Source: Octopus vulgaris (Eukaryota). Taken from it: a DNA stretch of 64,000 nucleotides. Below the pieces are notes generated by a model that worked only from the letters and a program-made list of their open reading frames with translations, was not told the DNA's origin and made no database searches. Below are positions 23,946 to 35,855 of this stretch, in pieces. The DNA lies in contig OX597826.1 of assembly GCA_951406725.2 (NCBI GenBank), positions 72,292,001-72,356,000 of the forward strand, written 5' to 3'. The position numbers and the translations under genes are program-made. The stretch's first letter is position 1. Each line of letters begins with the position of its first letter.

Positions 23946-25783
23946 ATTTGAAAGTGACAGTTGGGTGTTTGAAATGTTAGAATATCTGACAAATTGCCAT
24001 GACAATATTTAATTTTATGACCTCAAAGGTTGGTGTACAAGTTCCATAAGAAATCAATAGGTTTAGGAACAAGTGAGGAGAAAATATAACTGAGAAGATT
24101 GTCATGACATGGTTTCAGTCCAAAGTTGAATTCCTCACACATCTGTAAAATGGTTAATGCCCTTGAGAAAAAAACAGGAATGCTATATAAAAATGTTGTG
24201 TGTTCTCTGAGACTAAATGTCTTGCATTATTCAGTTTTGTTTCTCTAGATTCTAGCTGCCAATCAAGATTAAACCTTGCCTTTCCTCCCTCAAGAATATA
24301 ATAATAACCATAGAAAATAGAATCAATTCTTTCACAAAAACTGATAAGGAAATCAATGCTTTTCAGGGGAAATAAAAGTTGAGAAAATAACATTAAGGCT
24401 AAGAATTGTGAATTTCCATAACTTATTCTTTTTACCAAGTACATCTTTTCAACAGCAGGGTTAAATGGATGTACTTGTTAAAGAAGTCAGGAGCAACAGT
24501 TTTTTTTTTTAGAAGTCATTGATTGAAATTCTTTCTTTATTTCTTTGCTTGCATCTTTGTTATATTTCAGTTCAGAATTGTTAAAAAAAGAAACTTTGAT
24601 TCTTTTGAGCATTGCACTTTGTCTGAACTCTCTACAGTAAACGCAATGTTAAGCTATTAATTCTTGACTTAAGAGCTTGTATAATATCACAATATCACAA
24701 GCATTTAATCTATGCCTTTAGGCCAGTCACTCAACTACCACTTTCCTCAAATTATCAGCCTCCAAAATAAAGATATTTATGGCAGGGAAAATGTGTGTGA
24801 GAGTGCTATGAAGGTAGTCTATAAATGTTGAAGCAATCATCTAAAAAGAGTTTTTGACTCCATGTTGAATCTAGAAGGCCTTATAGAAATAGCATTATTG
24901 CTGTGTAAATGTTAAATCAAATAATAATGATTCGGGGAAGAGAAAATAAAATATGTTCGTTAAAAAATTCTTCCTAGTTGGCATTTTGGAGAGAAAATTT
25001 AATCAATTTATTCATTCTTGAAAAAAAATCCTTTTTACAACAGCCATCTTTTTTCCCCCCAACAACCGTCTGCTGAATATTTCAGTAACAAAGAAACATC
25101 TGGCAGAACAGCAAACATTGATCTGCATTTCATTTGCTAAAGACGTATATGTATTCGTTAGGTTTTCCTAATACCCGTTCTTGAGTTTTAATACCGAAAT
25201 TGAAATTCAGAAGAGACGAATTAGAGAAGGGAAATAAATAATGGTTATTAATCTTTTCCCCCAAACCTAAAAATAACAAATAGTCATTTGTCTAACAAGG
25301 GAGACAACTCTGAGCCTGTTAGATGGCGGCAAGTGGTGGTGAAGCCATTTATTATATACGTTCACCAGTCACTCCTATTAAAATATCGTTTTATTACACA
25401 TTTTCGACTTTATTCGGTCGCTTTTCCTACTCTTTATTATTTTTAAAAAATAAATCATTAATCTAAGTATACATATGAGAAAATAAAAGACAATTTAAGA
25501 ACGATTTCAGTTGCTTTATGGTATTTGTATGTGTGTATGTTTTTTAGATTTTAGAAACTGTTTTTTAGAGGCTGACGACATGTGTTCTTATTACTCACAC
25601 ATTCTGACTGAATTTCTGATTAAGGCGGTTAGGTTAGAGGAGAATAGAGATTGAAGTATGGAAGCTAGGAAACATTTTTTAAAAAATAAAATAATCGAAA
25701 ACAGGTCATTTAATAATATTTTATATAAAATATTCAAGAATGAATACACATTTTTTAAATATAATTATTTATACCAATATATG

Positions 25784-25859
<76 letters not shown>

Positions 25860-26730
25860 TGTTATATTGGTCATATGAAAAATTTCATTATAATTCTGAA
25901 GTCTGGTTATAAAACCTTGATGGAAAAATTTGACCATTATATTTTATTTCTACATATTTTCCCCCCATCTGCCTTGAACAAACAAGGAAACATATAAAGA
26001 AGGAAGTCTGTAGTTTAATATATGTCGATTAAAAAAAAGAAATATTTTCAGCAAATAGTCTTAAAATGTAAAGAAGTAATTTATGAAGGAATGGTTAAAG
26101 GGAACGAATTATTACAGGATTTTAAACAGATTTACGCAATTATAACGTGTCACTTTAGCTCTATTCTAGTCAATTCTTTTCTCCCCTTCCTTTTTTGTTC
26201 TCCATCTGGAGATTACCAGACTAAATTTACAGTTTGAGGCAAAAAATAAAACTAAATAGAGGAAGGAAGTAGCTTTATTCTTACTATTATCATTATTATA
26301 ATTTTGAAATTAAGAGAGGATGAGTTAATTAATCACAAAGCACACAGACATATATATATATGTAAATTTATATATATATATATATATATGTTTGTGTGTG
26401 TGTGTGTATGAGTATAAATGATTTCTGAATCCCCAATTTATTGACTGATTAATTCTAGTTTCGCTTGAGCCTTCAAAGTTTTGAGCTCTTGCTGACCGGC
26501 GACAAGCACAAAATATATGTATGTGTGTTTATCAATAAAAACGGTGTGTTTATGAATTTCGTGTCTTCACACTTATAGGCGTATGTGCTGTATGTGTATG
26601 TATATGTGTGCGTGTGTGTGTGTGTTTCAGCGGAGCCACATCGGCCCAGACACATACACACACAGACACACGCATATACGCGCAAAGGCAGCAGATAGAA
26701 ACACATGAGTTACACACTAACACACACACT

Positions 26731-26820
26731 AATTGACGCACATGCGCAATTTCATATCCTATGCGATCATGGCGTCGATGGAATGACTTTCCTATTTCAT
26801 TTTGAGGATATTTGGTAAGT
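26731..26820 (+). promoter_or_regulatory. Candidate core promoter and short first exon
   Basis: TGACGCA overlapping CGCACATGCGCA (NRF1/EWG-like, one mismatch, 26737-26748), CATGGCG (YY1-like, 26768), then donor TTG|GTAAGT at 26815. Confidence 0.5.
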
Positions 26821-26974
26821 AATGTTTGTTTCAAATCGATATACAGACTTAAGAAAAAACAAGTAGAAACATTGACAATTCAGCGGTGCCCGGTCTTATA
26901 AACTATTGTCCAGTCTGACATTTTTTCCTTTTCAGTTTTTCTCTGCACATAAGACACTTGGAAAAAATTTTTTT

Positions 26975-28200
26975 TGTCTCCCTTCCTACCTCTGTCTCTT
27001 TCTCTCTCCTCTTTCTTATTTATCCTTATCTTCATTCCCCCTCTCTCTTATATATCCTTATCTCTATTTTCCCCCTCTCTCTTATTCATCTATCTCTCTT
27101 TTCCCCCCTCACTATCACGCCCTTTTCTTCCCCTCTCTCTCTATATTTTCTTTTTTCTCTATTTCCGTTTCTTATCTTTGTCTCATTTCTCCCTTTTCTT
27201 TGTCTCATTTTTTCCTCTCATCTCCCTCAATATATCTCCACATCTATATATCTCTTCCTCTTTTTATCCTTTGTCATTCTCCCCTATCCCTTTCAGACCC
27301 CTTTACTCCTTTATTCTTTCCGGTGTTTTGCTGTTTCCCTCTCTCATACTTTCTTTTCCTCTCTTAACCATTATTAAAATCTATCCTCTCACTCCTCCCC
27401 GTCTTTCTCTCTCTCTCTCTCTCTCCCTTGTGTCTCTTCTCTCCAGCTTTGTCTCTACTTTCCTCCCTTCCTCTCTCTCACTCTTTCTTTGTTTCATCTC
27501 TCCGTCTATCCTTTCCTCCCTCTCTCTGTCTGTCTCTGTCTATCGTTTCCTCCCTCTCTGTCTGTCTCTGTCTATCCTTTCCTCCCTCTCTGTCTGTCTA
27601 TCCTTTCCTCCCTCTCTCTGTCTGTCTCTGTCTATCCTTTCCTCTCTCTCTCTCTGTCTGTTTCCGTCTATCCTTTCCTCCCTCTCTCTGTCTGTTTCTG
27701 TCTATCCTTTTCTCCCTCTCTCTGTCTCATTCTCTCCGTCTATCCTTTCCTCCCTCTCTCTGGTTCTTTGTCTCGGTCTATCCTTTCCTCTCTCTATGTC
27801 TCATTCTCTCCCTCTATCCTTTCCTTCCTCTCGCTGTCTTTCACCCTCCCCGTCTCTAACCTTCCCCCATGTCTCTTATTTACTTTCTCTTTCTTTCCTT
27901 TACTCTCTTCCTCACTCTCTTTCTGGTCATTACCTTTCTATCTCTTCCCTCCCCCACTAATTCTTTCATCTCTCACCTTTCTCTCCTCACTCTACTTGTC
28001 CTTCTCTTCCTCTTTCACTCTCACTCATTACCCTTTTCTTTCTCTCTCTATCAATTCTCCATCCTCCCTTCTTCTCCCTCTCTCTCATTATTTATCATTA
28101 TATTCGATCTAGCGCCTTCACATCTCTTCCGTTAAACCCACCCTTCCATCGTTCCATTCCAATCCACCTTAATCAAATACCCACCTCCTCTCCTACAGTA
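26975..28200 (+). repeat. 1.2-kb polypyrimidine low-complexity tract with internal minisatellite (27503-27830, unit ~gtctatcctttcctccctctct)
   Basis: Directly visible; it accounts for the long S/L/F-rich ORFs in all three frames. Confidence 0.92.
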
Positions 28201-28676
28201 GCCCCACCAACTAACCGGCCGCGACTCCTTCAGATCGAACCTTTGCCGTTTCGATCTTCTTGACAACGGTCGTTACTCTTATCCCCCTCCCTATCTCCAC
28301 TGTTGCTCTCTTGTGTGTGTATGTGTGTGGTATGTATGTATCTATGCATGTGTAATATATATATGTGTATATATATATATATATCATACGTAAGACTCCA
28401 GTAATCATTTATAAAACGACTCCAGTCGAACATCATTACCACCAGCCACCAGGAGGGGACGACCAACGGACTCACTCCTACCTGGTACTTCACAAACGTG
28501 TTCTAATAGTTGCAGCAACTAAAGCTGGTTACTTTGTACTTTGTCACTTGTTATCTCTCACACCTCAGTCTTCTGGCTTTTGTTTTGATGACTGATTTTC
28601 TCTCTTATTCTATCTATCTATCTATCACATACAACTGTAATATGTATATATTTGCATATATATATATATATATATA

Positions 28677-28710
<34 letters not shown>

Positions 28711-28914
28711 TACCGGAGTAAACGCATAAATGTAAAACAAGGTGGAAAAAAGAGTACTCAAATATATATATATATATACGTGTGTATATATTTGTATAAA
28801 TATACACGTGTATATACGTGTGTGCATATATGTGTGTGTATATACATGTGTATCTGCATATGTATGTAAATCGGTACACTACACACAAATATTCAAACAG
28901 CTCACATTAATCTC

Positions 28915-28952
<38 letters not shown>

Positions 28953-29418
28953 AAAGAGCGATATATCAAACTGAATTTCTCATGACCAATATCTAAATTC
29001 AACATCAGTTATTCCCAATAAGTTTACAAGAATCCTGTGTGTGTGTCTCTATCTGGCTGGTCTCTGGGAAGTTATCTGAAGTTAATCCGACTGTTAGCTA
29101 ACCCCAGCTGTCAATAATAATAGTTACACTATGACAATAAAGTCAATTATAGCATAACGAAAACATCAGCTACCGACTTCCGCATACATCATCCAACGAC
29201 CCCCACATCATACACTTCACTTCAACGTTATAAAATACCCCCTTATATCTTTTTGTACGGTATCGACTACCCCACTACCGCTGCTGCTCATATATCTTAC
29301 TTCTCATCAAGAATCCAACCCTTATTTTTATTATTATTATTACTAAAACATCGCCTTACCCACACATCAGTACTGTGAAATCAACTAACCCCTCAGACAT
29401 CTTTCAATTCAATTTATA

Positions 29419-29805
29419 CAGTAATGGGGAAATTTGCGGCCCGTGGGACTGTCTAACATGCGGCTCGCTTTTCGTAACCTGAAATACTCCCTTTTCATAC
29501 AACAGTAACTGGTACATTAAATATCCCTGCTCAAACATCACCTACACACCATACATAACTATTATAACATTAACCACTTCCACATACACCAACTCTATAT
29601 CATCACCTACTTAATTGCCATACATTTGTAGTATAACATGAACTACCACCCATACATTATTACTTTAACATAAACTAGTCTTAGTAAGGCAAACTGCAGC
29701 CCACTGGACTTTCTGAATAAGCACGCCTAACGAAAAATTTACCTTGAATTTTTCGAGAGCCCTGTCTCAGGCAGCCCGCTTCTCGAAAAAGGTTGCCCAT
29801 ATCTG
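29419..29805 (+). mobile_element. hAT (Charlie-type) MITE remnants
   Basis: cagtaatgggga..gcggcccg start and gcagcccg...aaggttgcccatatctg end; no clean 8-bp TSD. Confidence 0.45.
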
Positions 29806-30324
29806 AGATAGACGATTCCTCTACTCATTAATTACCGTTAAAACAAACTACCCCTCACATCACGAACTCGTTTCCCCATACACATTTTATTATAACATCA
29901 ATTACACCTCATACATGTCTACCACATTAACCATCAACTACCCTCTTCATACATTACTACTCTAACAATACTGGCCTATTCTCATTCATCACCATGGCAA
30001 ATAACTCCCCTTCGTAGCTCACCATTATAACAAACTATCCCCACATATATCACAACTGTACACACAAAAACTATAGCATAAACTCTCCCATTCACTGCTC
30101 CCCACACATCAGTACATCAACTATTCCCCTATCACTACAAATCAGCTATATGCTCACACATATATACATACATCATACATATCACTTCAAAATCAACTAC
30201 CCCTCCCAACAAATATATTTACAACATTAACTATCTCCCAAACACATTACAACTACCTCACACGCACACTGTTACACCAACTACATCCCATATACACCAT
30301 ACAACATCCCCTACCTACTTAGGG

Positions 30325-30510
30325 GACATCTGAGGGTGCTCGTCCTATTAGAAATAACAACCAACTATCCCCCCAAATAGCACCCTACTTTTTACACGGA
30401 TAAAAGGAAGCATCGCATAATGTAGTCATGAATTTGGATGGGTTGGTCGCGGCTAGATCGCTTTTGCTCACATGGCTACTCGGTCAGGGTATATTTAGGG
30501 TTAAGCACAT
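30325..30510 (+). mobile_element. Ancient interspersed repeat family E (CpG-retaining copy)
   Basis: tagaaataacaaccaa...cataatgtagtc...gatgggttggtc...ggtcaggg; homologous to ~42400, ~58740 and ~59900 (+) and to ~38065, ~39410 and ~59460 (-). Confidence 0.6.
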
Positions 30511-30961
30511 TCTCTAACATCAGTTAGACTCTCCCGCAGGCTATCGTTACTTTCCTCACTAAAAATCCAACCGAATAGTCGAGCTTCTCATAAATACATG
30601 TTGCTTCCCGTAATAAACGTATGTTTTATATAATATAATATATAATAATATAATCTAAGGAATTGGGAATCGATCCCCAGCCAGCTAAGATTGCAGCCCG
30701 GTTTCCATTTCCAGTTAAATATATTTCACCCCAAGATCTCAGTCCTGTCCTTTAGATGCATGTATATGAATAAATTCCATTTCCCTGTGTACCTTTAAAA
30801 TGGGGAGGTTTTGTGTGCCTGTAATAAAGGAAAGAGGTTTACATATGGTAACCCTAACCTTTTTCGTTTCTGAACACAAAGGAAGCAGTAAAAAAAAACG
30901 AAAAAAACCTCTAGCTTTTAGAAATAATCTATAAAATAAATTGAAAATTGTTTGCTGAGAA

Positions 30962-31025
<64 letters not shown>

Positions 31026-31161
31026 TGTATATATATATATATATATGCGTGTATATATGTATACATATATATGCGTGTATATATGTATACATATATATGC
31101 GTGTATATATATATACATATATATGCATGTATATATATAATGTATATATATATATATATAG

Positions 31162-31207
<46 letters not shown>

Positions 31208-31676
31208 TACACGACGAAATCAGGCTTTGAACCCGTTTCAGCTCCCAATTAGAATGGCATTCATTTCCGCTTCTCATATTTTGGGGAAAGGCATAAACGT
31301 TACAACAGCCTGTTTTCTGTTAGAAAATATCTCAAGCTTTTCAGAGGATTTTTTTTTATTATCCATTTATCTTTTTTTTTGCTTCCCTAAAATTCATATG
31401 GTTTATATATTTTTTTGCTTCATATTAAAACATTCTTTATGATGTATAAATATATATATATATATATATCATATGAGGAAAAAATATCTTGAAAGTCTTT
31501 CTTGTTTTATTTATTAACTTATTAAATTGCGCGGGTAGAAGAAGACTTGTTTTCCTGCCTGCTATTTTTCTCTTCTGTCTTTCCCCTGCTTTGCCTTGGC
31601 TGTGTGTATGAGTAAGTTTTGCGTGTGTGTCTGGTGGGAATGTGTTTTGAAAAGCCTTGCTCTACGTACTGAAATG

Positions 31677-32270
31677 AAAATGGGTCATCACTGACTGAAC
31701 TGACATGAGTGAGAGCGTGATCCGAACCAAAGCTCTTTCTCTTTCTATCTCTCTCTCTGTTTCTCTCTCTCCACTTCTCTGCTTCAACCACTGTTAACTA
31801 CTACCACCATACTATTTCCTGCTATTCCTACTCCTCTTTCTTCACCTTTTGTTCTTCGTACGTTCGCTCGATCGCACATTGTTTTTTCATTAAAACATTT
31901 ACTAATTTATACAAGTCATGTGTGTGTCTGTATATACACTGCATTATATATAAATATATACATTTATATATACATATATATATATATATACACATACGCA
32001 CTCAAATGCATCATATATTATATACATATATTTTCTATATATATATGTATATTTTAAATAAATATATATATATATATACACACATAAATATATACATATA
32101 TACACACATAAATACATACGTGTGTGTGTGTGTGTATATAAAATTTATAATGGAAAATATCCGAGAGAAGCCCGCCCGGGGTAAAACAATTTAGCGTGTG
32201 TGTGTGTGTCTGTGTGTTCTATACAACAGAAACCGACGAAAATGGGTCAGGCTGAGATATAACCAATCGG
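31677..32270 (+). promoter_or_regulatory. Motif cluster: two RORE-type sites, GC box and CCAAT box
   Basis: AAAATGGGTCA at 31677-31687 and 32239-32249 (both fit WAWNTRGGTCA), CCCGCCC at 32171, CCAAT at 32263. Confidence 0.45.
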
Positions 32271-33039
32271 CACGTTTTTTTTTTCCTCCTATCCTGCTTT
32301 TGTGTTGGTTATATTTATTTATCACACACACACATACTACACAATTATATATATTATATTATATATATATAAATATATATACGCGCAATAATAGGTAATA
32401 TAATTTAATAGATATTTCGCTTCGTGAGATCTGATGTGTGTTTCAATTAATTGAGGGAAAAATACTGTGCGACGGGGGACCCAAGTTACAGCAGAGAAAA
32501 ACCCTTCACTTCTCTGCAATAGAGAATAATGTGGTGATAGTTTATAAAGTAAAATGCACCCTAAAACATGTTAGAAAGTAGGGGTAGTGGTGGTTTATTA
32601 TTAATAATTGTAATTATATTTAATAATAAAAAAACAAAAAGGCCCTTCCTCTACCCACTCTTAAAGTCAAAGTGAGTGCCGAGTCGCTTCCGTCGATTGA
32701 TTTGTCTTTCTCAACCATGTGATATGGTGAAAGCTCTCTGTGTGTAATGTGTGTGTGTGTCGGTTTTTCAGAAATGTGGCCAATATGTTGGCTCTGGTTG
32801 CTGACTGTTTGATAAAGAGATAGCGACTGAGTGCGGTAGAGGCAGAGAAACAGCTCGATATATAGTGTAAAGTATGGTGGTGGTGGTGGAATGGACTGGG
32901 AGAAAGAAGAACCGATAAAGAGAAGAGAAAATAGCAAGATTTACAGGCACACATATATATATACGCACATATATATATGTGTGTGTGTGTGTTGGTTAAA
33001 TGGAAAATAAAGATTGAGCGTTGTTGGAGTAGATTAGTA

Positions 33040-34690
33040 AACAGTGGTGATGGTGGTGGGGGAAAGTAGGTAGAGATAGAGTGAGAGTTGTTTGTCGGCA
33101 GCGAGGGGGGGGGGAGGAAGAGAGCGATGTGCTTGCCGATAGACAGAGAGGTAATAAGAGAGGATTGGTGGGAGAAGTAGCTAGATAGAGTGATGGTTAG
33201 TACGGAGTAGTGGGAGGAAATAGCTAGATAGATGTTATGCTTGGTTATATAGACAGCTAGGTAAATAGGAAGGAGTAGTAGTGAGAGAAATAATAATAGC
33301 TAGAGGTAAATAGTGACGAATAGATGGTAAGTGTTGGTAACTGGAGATAGCGTGAGTGTAGTGTGTATGTATCTATGTAAATATTATATATATATATATA
33401 TATATATTTCGTATTACTCCTTAATACATATTTTACGAATTTAGTAAGGGTGATCGAAGAACAGTATATGAGGGAGTGAAGTATGTAAGATTGTTAGGGA
33501 GGCGGTAATAGCTTGAATCATAGGTAATGAGTGAAATAGCTTGCTTATTGCCGAATTAGAGTGAGTGAGATATCGTCTGCAAACACTAGAAAATATGAGT
33601 GAGTGAGAGAAGGAAAGAGTATAATAACAGATTGTAGGTGAGATTTTTATATGAAGGAGAGAGAGAGAGAGTAAAGCTAGAGAGATAAGGTAAGACGGTA
33701 GAGAAATATTCTGAGTGAAAGGGTTTTGAAGCAAGAAGGGAACGTAGAAATGTGCTGAGTGACAAGATAAAGAGAGCGGAATGGAGACGTAGTATGGGTG
33801 AGAGAAAGAATAGTCTGAGTAGGGAATGTATGAGAGAGAGAGAGAGATTAAGAAATATGTTGCTGGGAATTGAATAAATAGTTGTTAGAGAGGAGGGTGT
33901 GTTCACATAGAATAAAAAATACTATAAAGTATCTTGAGTGAGAGTTGATTAGAGATAGTTAGAGAGGATTATCTACCTATCTATCTATCTATATATATAT
34001 ATATATATACACACATACACGTACATATATATAATCTCACCCCTCTCTATCTCCAATGTGTATTGTGTGTGTGTGTATATATATATAGATATATAGTGAG
34101 AAGCGAGAGAGAAATAACACTATATTATGATAGAGAGGTAGTAGGATGATAGGATGAAAGAGACATCAATCAAATAGAGTGATTAATGAAGCATTAGAAA
34201 TGAGAAATATAAATAGAGACGAGGAGAGAGATAGCATTGCTTGTAGAACTGGTAAGAGATAAATGAGGGTGCCAAGGAAAAAGATTAAAAGTAGTGCTGA
34301 AAGGAGGGAGAGATAAAGAGAACATTAGCGAGAAAGAAGTGGAAAGTGAGAGATTACAAGGAACGCTAGAGAGAGAGGAGATATAGAGTGAGGGATAGAG
34401 GAGGAGAAGAGAAACTCGATAGGGAGAGGAGGAAAGAGTGATAAAAGTACGGAGAGAGAAGGCGGATTACAGAGTATACAGAGAGAGAGAGCGAGTGGAT
34501 GTTAGAGAGTATATAGAGAGTGAGAGCGAGTGGATATTACAGAGTATACAGAGAGAGAGAGAGAGTGTGTGAGTGGATGTTAGAGAGTATATAGAGAGAG
34601 TGAGTGAGTGGATATTAGAGAGTAACAGATGTATAGAGCGGGGGGGTTAAGGAGAGTGCAAGCTAGAAGGAAGGGTGATTAAGTGAGTGA
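33040..34690 (+). repeat. 1.6-kb purine-rich low-complexity tract with ~32-bp minisatellite at 34465-34625
   Basis: Directly visible GA-rich strand bias; unit ~gagtggatgttagagagtatatagaga. Confidence 0.85.
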
Positions 34691-34864
34691 AGCTTGCCTG
34701 CTGCTTGGCTGGCACGTCGGGAACGTAGTACTAGTTTATAATAAAACACCAAGGTTGCCTTAGTCGACGACCAGACAAATGGTGGGTTGAGTGGAACAAC
34801 ACTTTATACTACTGTTACTGACGACGACGACGTTGCTTTTACCTTCTCGCTGAGGAAAGTAAGT
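34690..34864 (+). other. Candidate non-coding first exon
   Basis: CpG-rich complex sequence right after the GA tract, ending in AAA|GTAAGT at 34859 and followed by T-rich intron-like sequence. Confidence 0.4.
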
Positions 34865-35715
34865 TTGTGGCTTGCTTTGACTTTTTTCTATTTATTTATT
34901 TATTTATTTTCTGTTCCATGTATCTCTCCTCTCCTCTCTTCTCTCATTCTGCTTTTCTTTATTGTCGCCCTTAATAATAAGAAGTGGAGGAGCAGAAGGC
35001 GGCGGCGGCTTGTTGCCGGCTTGTTTTAAACGGTGATCACAAGAGATCTGTGACAGAAAACGGTCATTTATTATCATCGTCACCAACAAGTACCACCACT
35101 AGCACACGAACATCAACAACAGTACCACTAGCATTACCGACCACCACTACTACCAACTAGCACCAACACTACAATCTCCTATCTCATCTGTCCCAAATTG
35201 ACCTCTCTCTCTCTCTCTCTCTGTTCCCTCCATGTTGGTCCTCCATGTGATGATGTGAGCTACATAACAATGTTGCATGTATACGTGCGTGTGTGTGTGT
35301 ATATAGTGGGGTCTATCGAAACAGGAATATGTTTTAGCAAAAAAGTCTAAGTACGCAGATTGATTTTATATTTTTTTACAAACAGTCTTGAGACAGAAAG
35401 AGAAAGAGAGAGAATGAGTGATGTAGGTAGCAAAAAGCAAGACTTAGATATATTTAATATTTAAGGGGTTGAAAAGAAAGGACTGATTTCTTTTAAACGA
35501 AAGATGTTAATGAACAAGGGTGCCGGAGGGAAAAAGAAAGCATGTTTTTTTCTTCCTCTCTCTCTCTGTAGCGTGGTGGTTCTATGATTTAGTCGTTTTG
35601 ATTATTTACAACGAATCTCTTTATATATATATATAATATCGCTTCTCTCGTCTTCCTCTCACTCTATCGCTATTTCTCTCTCTTTCACTTCCTTTCCTCT
35701 CTCTCTCTCTCCGTT

Positions 35716-35855
35716 TCTTTTACATACTCCCATCCCTCTCTATCCTCCCACCCTCCGTCTCTGTCTTTACATACTCCCATCCCTCTCTATCCTCCCACCC
35801 TCGGTCTCTCTCTGTCTTTATATATTCTCATCCCTCTCTATCCTCCCACCTTCTA
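35716..35855. repeat. ~47-51-bp tandem repeat, three copies
   Basis: tctttacatactcccatccctctctatcctcccaccct repeated three times. Confidence 0.9.

Noticed and set aside
24154-24444. 96-aa minus-strand ORF or adjacent exon candidate
   Set aside because: AT-rich, no homology recognised, and it resembles the neighbouring 24030-24110 sequence, suggesting an old repeat.
26906-28135. Long ORFs of 88-328 aa rich in S/L/F/P
   Set aside because: They are translations of a polypyrimidine tract that lacks stop codons by composition and is open in several frames at once.
28225-28262. agatcgaa/ttcgatct hairpin with GAAAC and CTGAAG on the minus strand as a hammerhead
   Set aside because: The core reads CTGAAGG (A9 missing) and there is no room for helix I; it is only an 8-bp hairpin.
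30739-31442. YI/IY-repeat ORFs (also at 6268, 25658, 28510, 46718, 47328)
   Set aside because: (TA)n and (TG)n microsatellite translations.
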